Positions 47,970-57,418 of a DNA stretch of 64,000 nt are shown here, in pieces. Source of the stretch: an uncultured Bulleidia sp. (GTDB lineage: Bacteria; Bacillota_I; Bacilli_A; Erysipelotrichales; Erysipelotrichaceae). Below the pieces are notes generated by a model. That model made no database searches. It had not been told where the DNA came from and saw nothing but the letters and a program-made list of their open reading frames with translations. How positions within the stretch are numbered: the first letter of the stretch is position 1; every line of letters begins with the position of its first letter. The translations under genes were made by a program, and so were the position numbers. Location: the NCBI GenBank assembly GCA_934754415.1, contig CAKVIS010000002.1:17018-81017 (forward strand), given 5' to 3'.

Positions 47970-48830
47970 TTAATAGGAAAGAATTTCCAGTCCTTCTTCC
48001 GTCACAAGAAGTGTGTGTTCCCATTGTGCGGAGTCACTGTGGTCTTTTGTATAAATTGTCCAGTCGTTATAAGGATCAATAACTACACCTGCCTTACCGG
48101 CATTGATCATAGGTTCGATTGTCAATACCATTCCAGGTACAAGAACCATTCCCGTATGTGCTTTTGCCACATGACATACAAATGGATCTTCATGGAAGTC
48201 CACACCTACTCCATGTCCTCCCAGCTCTCTGACTACGGAGTAGCCGTGAGTACGGGCATATTTGGAAATGGCTGCACCGATATCTCCTACGGTTGCCCAT
48301 GGCTGACAGGCCTCCATACCAAGTTTCAGACAGTTTTTAGTTTCTTCCACAAGCTTTCTTCTTTTATCACTGACATTACCAATCATAAACATACGGCTGG
48401 CATCACCATAATAGCCGTCTTTAATAGTTGTACAGTCTACATTGATAATATCTCCATCATGAAGTTTCTTTAATCTGGAAGGAATTCCATGACAAACTTC
48501 ATCATTGATAGATGTACATACACTTTTAGGAAATCCTTCATAATTTAAAGGCGCACAGATACCTCCAAGTTCTTTTGTCACTCTGGCTACGAGATCATCG
48601 ATATCCTGTGTTGTCATGCCTTCATGAATTTCCTTTTCCACAGCATCCAGAACCAGTGTATTGATTCTGCCAGCTTCTCTGATACCTGCAATCTGTGAAG
48701 GGCGTTTGATTAACGTTTCCTCCGGTACTTCCATATGTTTTTTTCTGCAATGTTCCATTCTTTCAAGAATATGTGCAGGAATTGGTTCTGTTTCAAAATA
48801 CTTATATTTTTTTTCTTCAATTGTATCCAT
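47970..48830 (-). CDS. map: type I methionyl aminopeptidase
   Basis: 286 aa. The metal ligands D...D...H...E...E are embedded in the typical MetAP-I sequence. Confidence 0.9.
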   Translation of the reverse strand: MDTIEEKKYKYFETEPIPAHILERMEHCRKKHMEVPEETLIKRPSQIAGIREAGRINTLVLDAVEKEIHEGMTTQDIDDLVARVTKELGGICAPLNYEGFPKSVCTSINDEVCHGIPSRLKKLHDGDIINVDCTTIKDGYYGDASRMFMIGNVSDKRRKLVEETKNCLKLGMEACQPWATVGDIGAAISKYARTHGYSVVRELGGHGVGVDFHEDPFVCHVAKAHTGMVLVPGMVLTIEPMINAGKAGVVIDPYNDWTIYTKDHSDSAQWEHTLLVTEEGLEILSY

Positions 48831-48833
48831 GAT

Positions 48834-49346
48834 TTACCTCTTTGTTGTACTTCCTATACCGCCTGTTCTTTCTTCTTCCACATCATCATCTTCCGTAATA
48901 CCAAAAGATGTAAAGATTCCCTGCAGAAAAGCATCTCCTTTATGCAGGAGTAATTCCTTATCTTCTCTGGAATCATTGATGATCTTGGCAAAGATATGTC
49001 CTTCGTTTGTAGCATTATAATAGTCTGCATCAATCACTCCTACAGTATTGTTCAGCTGCAGACGATATTTAAATCCAAGAGAACTTCTTGGATAAAGCAT
49101 CAGAACATAGTCCTCTCTTATTCTAGCACGAATTCCTGTAGGAATTAGCATAGACTGACCAGGTTTCAGACAAATGTCGTAAGGAAGAAAGAAATCATAT
49201 CCTGCAGAATACTTTGTAGCTCGTTGCGGCAATGGAATATCCACGTAGATTTCCTGTATTTCCTTTTCGCTGTATTGGGTTTTATCCTTCAGGTCCTTCA
49301 GAAACTGTTCTTCAGACACTTTTTCAAACTTTGCAATTCTTTCCAT
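48834..49346 (-). CDS. dUTP diphosphatase (YncF/YosS-like dimeric dUTPase)
   Basis: Start is at MERIAKFEK, with RBS ggaggaaaac upstream. The motif GVIDADYY is present. Confidence 0.65.
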   Translation of the reverse strand: MERIAKFEKVSEEQFLKDLKDKTQYSEKEIQEIYVDIPLPQRATKYSAGYDFFLPYDICLKPGQSMLIPTGIRARIREDYVLMLYPRSSLGFKYRLQLNNTVGVIDADYYNATNEGHIFAKIINDSREDKELLLHKGDAFLQGIFTSFGITEDDDVEEERTGGIGSTTKR

Positions 49347-50604
49347 GTTTTCCTCCAAGGCATAAGTAAATAAAATCTGCCAGTGCTTTTTCCAAAGGAT
49401 AAACACTGTGCATTACTGTATCCGGCAATAGCACATGGTCCGGAAAAATATCTTCATGCAGAAAATATTTCACTCTTCCAAGTTTATCTAAAGATTTAAT
49501 AAAATCCTTAATAGAAACCGCCGGTGTGTAGGCATAGTTTTCAGCATATGCATCCTGCAAAGCAAGATGTATACGTTTTTTCACTTTCGGTAATGTATAC
49601 ACGATTGTTTCATCAAAATCAAACAAATCCATGACATTATCCAGCATACTGAAGAAATACTGTGCATCGCTCAATGTATGTCTGTGTGTCTGTTTTTTCA
49701 GCATATCCGTAATAACAGAAGCGGAATTAACGAAATGAGAAGTTCTGTATATGCCTGTCTCAAATCTTTCCAGAGCAATATACCACTCCTTAAAAGAAGC
49801 AGGGAGTTTTGTCTTTTCAAAAGTATATTTCAATCCGGAATAGATATGCATCATCTTGCAGGCATCATTATACCCTCTTGTATACAATCTCATTACCACT
49901 TCATGGTCAAACTGTAAAAAATTTCCGGTATCTGACTGAGGAAACTGATAGGCAATATTAGATTTCTCTATAAACTCAGGATGATTTGGTTCACAGTTAA
50001 GGTCAATGACATCCACTTCTTCAGCTCCCAATTTTAAAGCAAAATCAATAGCGCAGTTATCATAATACCCGCCATCCACATAGTCTTTGCCATCTATAGT
50101 TTTTATAGGAAAGGCAGGATAACAGCTTGCTGAAGCAATCAGCCAGTCTTCTCCATGTTCTTTCATTTCCTTCTTTGTAATATACACAGGAGAATGATTT
50201 AAATGTGTAGCTACCATACACCCGAAATCCACATCACTGTGAAAAAATTTTTCCGGAGTATACATGGCATGAACAGTCTGTTCAAACGGTGTAATATCCA
50301 CACCTCTTTCCTTTACATACTGCACTATCTCTTTTTTCAGTTCCGTTGTGCGATTCAGCAACACATCTCTGTCTATTTCTGTAGGCACAATCCCCTGAAT
50401 AATCTGATCACTTCTCAGATTCTGATACAGCTCATCCAGAGCTTCATAATCTTTCTGTACTATTAATGCCGCATTAAGAGATCCCACTGAAGTCCCCACA
50501 ACAATATCCCAGTCATTTTTTTCATATTGTCTGTAAGCTCGAACAGCACCTGCCTGATAGGCTCCCCTGGTGCCGCCACCTGCCAAAACCAATCCTTTTT
50601 TCAT
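49324..50604 (-). CDS. patatin-like phospholipase family protein
   Basis: Oxyanion GGGTRG, nucleophile GTSVG and the catalytic Asp (DGG) are present. Start is at MKKGLVLAGGG with RBS gaggtg. Confidence 0.8.
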   Translation of the reverse strand: MKKGLVLAGGGTRGAYQAGAVRAYRQYEKNDWDIVVGTSVGSLNAALIVQKDYEALDELYQNLRSDQIIQGIVPTEIDRDVLLNRTTELKKEIVQYVKERGVDITPFEQTVHAMYTPEKFFHSDVDFGCMVATHLNHSPVYITKKEMKEHGEDWLIASASCYPAFPIKTIDGKDYVDGGYYDNCAIDFALKLGAEEVDVIDLNCEPNHPEFIEKSNIAYQFPQSDTGNFLQFDHEVVMRLYTRGYNDACKMMHIYSGLKYTFEKTKLPASFKEWYIALERFETGIYRTSHFVNSASVITDMLKKQTHRHTLSDAQYFFSMLDNVMDLFDFDETIVYTLPKVKKRIHLALQDAYAENYAYTPAVSIKDFIKSLDKLGRVKYFLHEDIFPDHVLLPDTVMHSVYPLEKALADFIYLCLGGKHGKNCKV

Positions 50605-50672
50605 ATACACCTCATGGTGTATTTTAACACGAGACACCCAATTATGGTTATAATAGGTTTGGAGGTATTCTT

Positions 50673-51893
50673 ATGAAACTTAATGTTGCTGTGTTTTTTG
50701 GCGGTGAATCCGTCGAGCATGAAGTATCTATCATTTCTGCCCATCAGGCAATGGAGGCTATGGATAAAGAAAAATATACCGTTCTTCCTGTTTATGTTGC
50801 CAAAAGCAGAAAGTTATATTATTCCCCGGATCTTTTAAACATAGAAAAGTTTAAAGATCTCAAAGCCATTGAAACAAATTATCCACAGGTTACTCTGGTC
50901 AATGTTGACAACAAAGTAGTCATTCAGCCAGTAAAAACAACTTTATTCGGTAAGAAGGAATTAGCTGTAGTGGATGTAGCAGTCCCAGTCATGCATGGTA
51001 CAAACGGTGAAGACGGTACCATTCAGGGATATCTGGAAATGCTGAAACTTCCATACGCAGGATGCGATCTGTATGGAGCGGCTGTAGGACAGGATAAAGT
51101 ACTGATGAAGCACATCCTGCAGGACAACGGCCTTCCTATGACAGAATGGTTCTGGGTATATGGTCACGAAATCGATGACCATAAAGAAGAAGTTTTAAAG
51201 AAAGTACACAAACTGATGTATCCGGTAATCTTAAAACCTGCAAGAACCGGTTCTTCCGTAGGTATTGCCATCGCTCATAATGACGAGGAATATCTGGAAT
51301 GTTTCGAAAATACACGTCAGTATGATGAAAAGGTCATCACGGAAAAAGCCGTACATCCTTTAAGAGAAATCAACTGTTCTGTTCTCGGCGATGCTTACCA
51401 TATGGAAACAGCGGTTCTGGAGGAAGTCACTAACGGTGATGATGCGGATAACTTCCTGGACTTTAACAAAAAGTATATGAGCAAAGGAAGTAAATCAGGT
51501 TCCAAATCTTCCGGTTCCAAGTCAGCAGGTATGGCATCTACCGCAAGAAGACTGCCTGCACCTGTTTCCGAAGAAGAAACAGAATTGATCCAGAAATATG
51601 CAAAAGAAACTTTCAAGGTACTGGGATGTTCAGGTGTATGCCGTATTGACTTCTTAATGGATGCAGAAACACACCATATCTATGTCAACGAAATCAACAC
51701 CATTCCAGGGTCTCTGGCTTTCTATCTTTGGGAGGCAACAGGGCTTTCCTTCTCTGAATTAATGGATAAACTTGTACAGCTTGCCCTGGACAGAGAAAGA
51801 AGAAGATCCAGAATGACATTCTCTTACGAGACAAACCTATTATCTAATTACAGTGCAAATGGTGCTAAAGGAGCAAAAGGATCTAAAATGTGA
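50673..51893 (+). CDS. ddl: D-alanine--D-alanine ligase carrying a low-complexity S/G/K insert
   Basis: 406 aa ATP-grasp Ddl. It is about 50 aa longer than usual because of an insert, SKGSKSGSKSSGSKSAGMASTARR, and a C-terminal GAKGAKGSKM tail. Confidence 0.9.
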   Translation: MKLNVAVFFGGESVEHEVSIISAHQAMEAMDKEKYTVLPVYVAKSRKLYYSPDLLNIEKFKDLKAIETNYPQVTLVNVDNKVVIQPVKTTLFGKKELAVVDVAVPVMHGTNGEDGTIQGYLEMLKLPYAGCDLYGAAVGQDKVLMKHILQDNGLPMTEWFWVYGHEIDDHKEEVLKKVHKLMYPVILKPARTGSSVGIAIAHNDEEYLECFENTRQYDEKVITEKAVHPLREINCSVLGDAYHMETAVLEEVTNGDDADNFLDFNKKYMSKGSKSGSKSSGSKSAGMASTARRLPAPVSEEETELIQKYAKETFKVLGCSGVCRIDFLMDAETHHIYVNEINTIPGSLAFYLWEATGLSFSELMDKLVQLALDRERRRSRMTFSYETNLLSNYSANGAKGAKGSKM

Positions 51894-51910
51894 TCCGAAA
51901 GGAGAAAAAA

Positions 51911-52630
51911 ATGCCAACACCTCATAATAATGCAGAAAAGAAAGACATCGCTAAAAGTGTCTTAATGCCGGGAGATCCTCTCCGTGCAAAATTCATTGCC
52001 GAACACTTCCTGGAAAACCCTGTACTTGTGAACTCTGTACGCGGAATTAACGGATATACAGGTACATACAACGGCAAACCTGTCACAGTTATGGCAAGTG
52101 GCATGGGTATGCCATCTATCGGCATCTACTCTTATGAACTGTATAAAGAATACGACGTGGAAAATATCATCCGTATCGGTTCTGCAGGCGGCTATTCCCC
52201 TGATCTGGACCTCTATGATGTTGTCCTTGCAACAGGGGCGTATTCAGAAAGTTCTTACGCAAAAACACAGTGCGGAAATACAGATGAGGTACAGACTCCA
52301 TCTGCTTCTCTGAATGAAAAGATTGAAAAAGCCGCAAAAGAGCTGAATATTCCTCTTCATGAAGGCATTATTCATTCCTCTGATGTTTTCTACCGTGAAT
52401 CCAAAGAATACTTAAAAGACGTCACAGAAAACCATCATTGCCTTGCCGTAGAAATGGAAAGCTTTGCTTTATTCTCCAATGCAAAAGTACTGGGTAAAAA
52501 TGCTGCCTGTCTTTTAACTATCTCTGACAGTTTTGTTTCTCATAAAGAAACAACTCCGGAAGAAAGAGAAACTTCTTTCACTCAGATGATGAAACTTGCC
52601 CTTGAAACAGTTACTAAATATTGCGACTGA
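51911..52630 (+). CDS. deoD: purine nucleoside phosphorylase DeoD-type
   Basis: The RBS aaaggag lies 8 nt before ATG 51911. The PNP-I motifs MPGDPLRAKFIAE and IRIGSAGG are present. Confidence 0.9.
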   Translation: MPTPHNNAEKKDIAKSVLMPGDPLRAKFIAEHFLENPVLVNSVRGINGYTGTYNGKPVTVMASGMGMPSIGIYSYELYKEYDVENIIRIGSAGGYSPDLDLYDVVLATGAYSESSYAKTQCGNTDEVQTPSASLNEKIEKAAKELNIPLHEGIIHSSDVFYRESKEYLKDVTENHHCLAVEMESFALFSNAKVLGKNAACLLTISDSFVSHKETTPEERETSFTQMMKLALETVTKYCD

Positions 52631-52685
52631 TTCTGATACAGGTATACAATACAAATAAACCTACTTTTATCTGGAGGAAATGCAT

Positions 52686-53765
52686 ATGCTAAGAATCGGA
52701 ATGCTTACAAGTGGTGGTGACTGTCAGGCTTTAAACGCTGCCATGCGCGGAGTCTTTAAAGGTGTCATGAATAACGCAAAGGAACCTGTGGAATTTTACG
52801 GGTTTGAAGATGGATATAAAGGATTAATCAATTCCAGATTCCATTTACTGACAGAAGAGGATTTTTCAAACATCCTCACAGTCGGTGGAACAATGCTGGG
52901 TACTTCCCGTACACCGTTTAAGGAAATTCATGATCCTCTTCCTGATGGGAGAGACAAAGTAGACTCCATGAAGCAAACCTACTATAAATTACAGCTGGAC
53001 TGTCTGATTATGCTGGGTGGTAATGGCTCTACAAAAACAGCTAATCTGTTGTCTGAAGAAGGCTTGAATGTCATCACTCTGCCTAAGACTATTGATAACG
53101 ATCTGTATGGCACGGATATGACATTCGGTTTCCAGTCTGCAGTGGATATTGCCACAAGATGTATTGATGAAATTCATACCACAGCTTCCAGTCATGGTCG
53201 TGTATTTATCGTAGAAGTCATGGGGCATAAAGTCGGCTGGTTACCATTAAATGCAGGCATAGCCGGTGGAGCTGACATTATCCTGCTCCCTGAAATTCCT
53301 TACGATATCAACAACATTGTAGATGTCATTGAAAATCGTGATAAACAGGGAAAACGTTTCACCATCATTGCCGTAGCTGAAGGTGCCATTTCCAAACAGG
53401 ATGCCAAGCTGACTAAAAAAGAATATAAAAAGAAGCTTGAAAAATACACCTTCCCTTCTGTTTCCTATGAACTTGCAGACCAGATTACAAAGAAAACAGG
53501 CAGAGAAGTGCGTGTCACTGTTCCGGGGCACATCCAAAGAGGCGGAGCCCCTGTTGCCTATGACAGAGTCTTCTCTTCAAGACTTGGTGCTGAAGCTGCA
53601 AAATTGATTCTGAAGAAAAAATACGGTGTTATGGTAGCGTATAAAAACAGAGAAATGGTCACTGTTCCTCTGAAAGAAGTTGCCGGAAAACTGAAAACAG
53701 TTGACCCTAAGGCTCCTATCATTCAGGAAGCTAAATTCATGGGCATTTCCTTTGGTGATGAGTAA
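52686..53765 (+). CDS. 6-phosphofructokinase (PfkA family)
   Basis: The motifs GGDCQALNA and TIDNDL are present. The substrate-binding MGR motif reads MGH here. The RBS ggagg lies 7 nt before ATG 52686. Confidence 0.85.
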   Translation: MLRIGMLTSGGDCQALNAAMRGVFKGVMNNAKEPVEFYGFEDGYKGLINSRFHLLTEEDFSNILTVGGTMLGTSRTPFKEIHDPLPDGRDKVDSMKQTYYKLQLDCLIMLGGNGSTKTANLLSEEGLNVITLPKTIDNDLYGTDMTFGFQSAVDIATRCIDEIHTTASSHGRVFIVEVMGHKVGWLPLNAGIAGGADIILLPEIPYDINNIVDVIENRDKQGKRFTIIAVAEGAISKQDAKLTKKEYKKKLEKYTFPSVSYELADQITKKTGREVRVTVPGHIQRGGAPVAYDRVFSSRLGAEAAKLILKKKYGVMVAYKNREMVTVPLKEVAGKLKTVDPKAPIIQEAKFMGISFGDE

Positions 53766-53767
53766 TT

Positions 53768-53798
53768 AAAAAAATGTGCAACAACAAGCACATTTTTT
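53768..53798. terminator. bidirectional intrinsic terminator
   Basis: The hairpin AAAAAAATGTGC-aacaacaa-GCACATTTTTTTT lies between convergent genes. Confidence 0.7.
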
Positions 53799-54443
53799 TT
53801 AATCCTCTTTGACAACTCTTGGCAAGCTCCACTTGTAATGAGAAGCCATCAGTCGAATACATAGAACCACAAAAGAACCCATATATATCGCCAGATTGGT
53901 TTCATGCATACGGAATAATGGCAAGGCAATCAACGCTCCTGCAATAGAAGCCAGAGCGTAAATATGTTTTCTGAAGATGGCCGGCAGTTCATGAATCATT
54001 ACATCTCTTAAAACTCCCCCGCCTACACCGGTGATCACACCCGAAAAAACAATGAGAAAGCCATTATCCACACCATACAGCTTAATTGCCTGATTCATCC
54101 CAAGCACTGTAAATACTCCAAGACCTATGGAATCTCCAAATAAAAGACTCAGTCTTCTGAATTCACTTTGCTCATTGGTCGGGTGTTTGGATTGTCTTGC
54201 AATAATAGCAAACACAATACATGCTGTAATTGCCGAAGCAAATACATAGCGTGGATGGATAAACGCCTCCGGAGGGCAATGCCCTAACACCACATCTCTT
54301 AATACGCCTCCTGCAGTAGCAGTAAACACGCCTAAGATAATGACACCAAAAATATCCATTCCTGCTTTTAAAGCCGTGATAGCTCCACTGATTGCAAAAG
54401 CAATCGTCCCAATAATTTCAAATATTGTAATCATCTGATCCAT
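53799..54443 (-). CDS. TRIC-like (UPF0126) cation channel family membrane protein
   Basis: A duplicated 3-TM module carrying Gly-rich helices (GGVLRDV occurs twice). Confidence 0.8.
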   Translation of the reverse strand: MDQMITIFEIIGTIAFAISGAITALKAGMDIFGVIILGVFTATAGGVLRDVVLGHCPPEAFIHPRYVFASAITACIVFAIIARQSKHPTNEQSEFRRLSLLFGDSIGLGVFTVLGMNQAIKLYGVDNGFLIVFSGVITGVGGGVLRDVMIHELPAIFRKHIYALASIAGALIALPLFRMHETNLAIYMGSFVVLCIRLMASHYKWSLPRVVKED

Positions 54444-54470
54444 ATGACTACATTGTAATCAAAGTCGGAT

Positions 54471-56960
54471 TCAAAATCTATTCTTTAATGTTCTGAAAAA
54501 AATAAAGATTCCCGTGACTATTCCCACACAAATTCCTGTTGCCGTTGCATACCCGGAATATGTCCTTTCCTTCACTTCCGCTATCTCCATTACTCTGTTT
54601 TCTTTTCTGATCTGTAACGTAATCAGCGGCATTTCTATCGCAGTTTCAGGAACAGTAAAAGTGTATACCTCCTGTGCAGCCTGCATACCTGGAATCATTC
54701 GAACATTTTGCAGTGTATACGTTTTTCCGCATTCCACAAAAGGATAAGAAATAGTGGTTTTACCAGTTTCTCCTGTCTCCAATAATTTTCTATGTTCTTC
54801 ATCATACAGTCCCCAGATGGTTCCTTCTGTCTGACAGGAAGACTCATCGATTACTTCTACAATCACCCCGGCATTTTGAGGCACATCATGTATTTCCATG
54901 TCTTTATCGATGTACACTGAAACAAAATCTTCTTTTCTGAAATATCTGGAACTGGATTGTGTCTGGAACAAATAATACTGTCCTTGCCTTAGAGAATAGA
55001 TGTTATCGGCGTGAAATATTACAGGATTTCCTTCTATATCCTTTACAGCTTCCTTTTTTTCTTCATCGTAATACATCTGATATTCCATTCCTTCTTCCAG
55101 ATGCATAGATACCTGAAAATATCTGCGTACATGTAACGCATAATACAGCATATCAGACGGCTTATCTTCCACACGTATACGCATAGGTATAGCAGACGAG
55201 TAATGATCCAGTGTATTTACCTGTTCAAGAATATACGTAACACCTGGTTCTACTGCAATCTGTTTTTCCTGTGTACCATACCATGTATCTATGACTTTAC
55301 CAGATTCTTCTTTCAGCGCTATTCTTGCCTCTGGCATGCATTGATCTGTATCGTAATCTTTAACAGAAGCAGAAATCAGGCACTTTTTCAATACAGGTTC
55401 CAACTGTATTGAAGATTGAACACCACTGTCAGTTTCTATGGTATATACCTGCGTATCTGTATAGTAGTTCTTTTCTTTTTGCGTCTGTTTTAAGTAATAA
55501 GTACCGTTAACTACATTGGCTCTTTGATTTAGAGAGTGAAACCATACAGGATTACCTTCAATATCTTTTGCCATAGATGAACAGGCACTGTCCGTATACA
55601 AGCCATACATAAAGTCTCTGGTATCTTCAGGAAGAGGTACATAGATGTCCACATAAGGTTGTAATGTCAGGCATACCGTATATGTGCTTTGCCCATCGAT
55701 ATGCAGAGTAATCTTTTCAGAAGAAGGCAGATATCCTGCAGGAACAGAAAGTATTTCAAAGCAAACTTCATCCTGAGAAAAGATTCCCTGTACACTTAAA
55801 GGATTCTTTAAAGAAAGATATGTGGCATAGGCATCCTGTGTAAGGTCATACATCTGTACCTCCACTCCTTCTATGCATTTCTTTGTGAAAGCATCTCTTA
55901 CTTCAAGAAATACGGTAAACGGAAGACCTTCTACCTCTATCGGTAAACTTTCCTCCTTGTAAAGTGAGGTAGAGAAGCTGACAGGTAAAATGGCATATCC
56001 TCCTTCCACAGCATCACTTTTCAATGTATATTCCGTATCTCTTTCCAATACTATCTGTTTTGTCTGACCATCATTTAACCACTGTTCCACCACATCTCCA
56101 TTTTCTTTAGTTAAAGTGAAAGTATACGGCAACAATGTACCAGACAGGATAGTTTTCTTTACCTGCATGAAATCCGGCTGTATGGTTACCTTATCGTCTT
56201 TCACTTCAAAAGAAAAGACATCTTCTATGGCATAGTAGTGAGAATCTATGTCTTCATATCTGTAATAATACGTACCTGATGGAAGAAAGACTTGGTCTTT
56301 TGGCGTAATACACATAGGCTTACCCAGATGATTGATAAGAGGTTCTTTACATTCCTTATCCTTATACACTATTGCTTTTGCGGATACATCACTTTGAAAT
56401 GTTACAGGATACCCGTGAACACAGGCAAAATGGATATCTGTATTTTCTTTTTCCACTGTAAATGTTACAGGAGAATGCTGAGCATACCCTTCTGCAGGTT
56501 CTTTTTGATACAGAGTATAGGATTTACCATACACGACATACCTTCCTATATCTTCTTCCCTTTCAATATCTATTATCATCGATTCTTTTGTCTCATTTTC
56601 CTGCAAGACATAGGCCATGGGTATTTCGCTGGTTACCAATATACCAATGGCATCCAGCTGTATGGTTTCAATATCCTTTTCCAACGTAGCTTCATAGGGT
56701 AAGATACCCTGAAAAGCGGGGTCACTTCGTACAGTATAGACATCTTCTTCCAGTTCCATTGAAACTTTTCCTTCGCTGTTTACTTCCACTGATGTCACTT
56801 TATTATCGGCCTTATCATAAATATCCAGCTGTAATCCCTGTACATCTCTGTCCTTGCATACCACCTGCATAGTGTATGTACGCTTTGACAATGTTTCTTT
56901 TCCATACACCTGTGTTATCAGTAAAGCACTCATCATACACGCAAACCACTTTTCAGGCAT
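54471..56960 (-). CDS. large repetitive cell-surface protein (signal peptide, internal repeats, C-terminal TM anchor, no LPXTG)
   Basis: Start is at [20 protein letters not shown], with RBS agagg upstream. Internal repeat examples are DIEGNPVWFHSLNQRANVVNGTYYLKQTQ and DIEGNPVIFHADNIYSLRQGQYYLFQTQ. The C-terminus is a hydrophobic helix followed by a basic tail (FFRTLKNRF). Confidence 0.55.
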   Translation of the reverse strand: MPEKWFACMMSALLITQVYGKETLSKRTYTMQVVCKDRDVQGLQLDIYDKADNKVTSVEVNSEGKVSMELEEDVYTVRSDPAFQGILPYEATLEKDIETIQLDAIGILVTSEIPMAYVLQENETKESMIIDIEREEDIGRYVVYGKSYTLYQKEPAEGYAQHSPVTFTVEKENTDIHFACVHGYPVTFQSDVSAKAIVYKDKECKEPLINHLGKPMCITPKDQVFLPSGTYYYRYEDIDSHYYAIEDVFSFEVKDDKVTIQPDFMQVKKTILSGTLLPYTFTLTKENGDVVEQWLNDGQTKQIVLERDTEYTLKSDAVEGGYAILPVSFSTSLYKEESLPIEVEGLPFTVFLEVRDAFTKKCIEGVEVQMYDLTQDAYATYLSLKNPLSVQGIFSQDEVCFEILSVPAGYLPSSEKITLHIDGQSTYTVCLTLQPYVDIYVPLPEDTRDFMYGLYTDSACSSMAKDIEGNPVWFHSLNQRANVVNGTYYLKQTQKEKNYYTDTQVYTIETDSGVQSSIQLEPVLKKCLISASVKDYDTDQCMPEARIALKEESGKVIDTWYGTQEKQIAVEPGVTYILEQVNTLDHYSSAIPMRIRVEDKPSDMLYYALHVRRYFQVSMHLEEGMEYQMYYDEEKKEAVKDIEGNPVIFHADNIYSLRQGQYYLFQTQSSSRYFRKEDFVSVYIDKDMEIHDVPQNAGVIVEVIDESSCQTEGTIWGLYDEEHRKLLETGETGKTTISYPFVECGKTYTLQNVRMIPGMQAAQEVYTFTVPETAIEMPLITLQIRKENRVMEIAEVKERTYSGYATATGICVGIVTGIFIFFRTLKNRF

Positions 56961-57318
56961 ACAGACCTCTGTATTGCTGAAGTGCAATAGATATCAGACT
57001 GGCATGCACATCCGCTTCCACCTGAAACTGAAATATCACAGGATCCTGTTGTAATTCTTTTGCCAGCGCTTCAGGCTTTTCCTTTCCAATGAATAATCTG
57101 TAAAGTAACATTCTTGTCTCTACTCCATAGTTTTCCTGCAGACTGTCAAATACTTCATCCACCTTTTTCACTTTCTGTTGTAGCTGTTCCAGCTCATGTT
57201 GCAATTCTTCCTTATGCATATCTTTTTGTTGTTCAATACTTTGCTGTAACACCTCCATCCTTCTTTGATACTCTCCATAAACTGCACATTCTTCTTTAAA
57301 TTTTGTATAGGTAGTCAT
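56953..57318 (-). CDS. small coiled-coil protein with a C-terminal HTH-like segment (121 aa), coupled to the surface-protein gene
   Basis: RBS gaagggaggtg precedes ATG 57318. Its stop overlaps the surface-protein ATG by 8 nt. The C-terminal segment reads [21 protein letters not shown]. Confidence 0.45.
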   Translation of the reverse strand: MTTYTKFKEECAVYGEYQRRMEVLQQSIEQQKDMHKEELQHELEQLQQKVKKVDEVFDSLQENYGVETRMLLYRLFIGKEKPEALAKELQQDPVIFQFQVEADVHASLISIALQQYRGLYA

Positions 57319-57418
57319 ACAGACACCTCCCTTCAAAATATATATTGTTAAAAAATGTTTTTTTTCTTTGAGAAAATTTAAAAATTTGTACAATAGATGG
57401 AGGAAAGAGGGAAAACAT

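Noticed and set aside
49324-50604. The patatin-like phospholipase as a CBASS or other defence effector.
   Set aside because: No CD-NTase or cyclase, cap genes or other defence partners are adjacent. Its neighbours are dUTPase, map and ddl, which are housekeeping genes.
52680-53765. A call of PPi-dependent versus ATP-dependent phosphofructokinase.
   Set aside because: The GGDGS region reads GGNGS and the MGR motif reads MGH, which is ambiguous. Only the family-level call is reported.
57368-57418. An N-terminal extension ([17 protein letters not shown]) of the DUF1846 gene and a similar extension (MHFSNTEVC) of the surface-protein gene.
   Set aside because: Downstream ATGs have proper Shine-Dalgarno sequences. 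In the surface protein the downstream ATG also gives a canonical signal peptide. The extensions lack an RBS.
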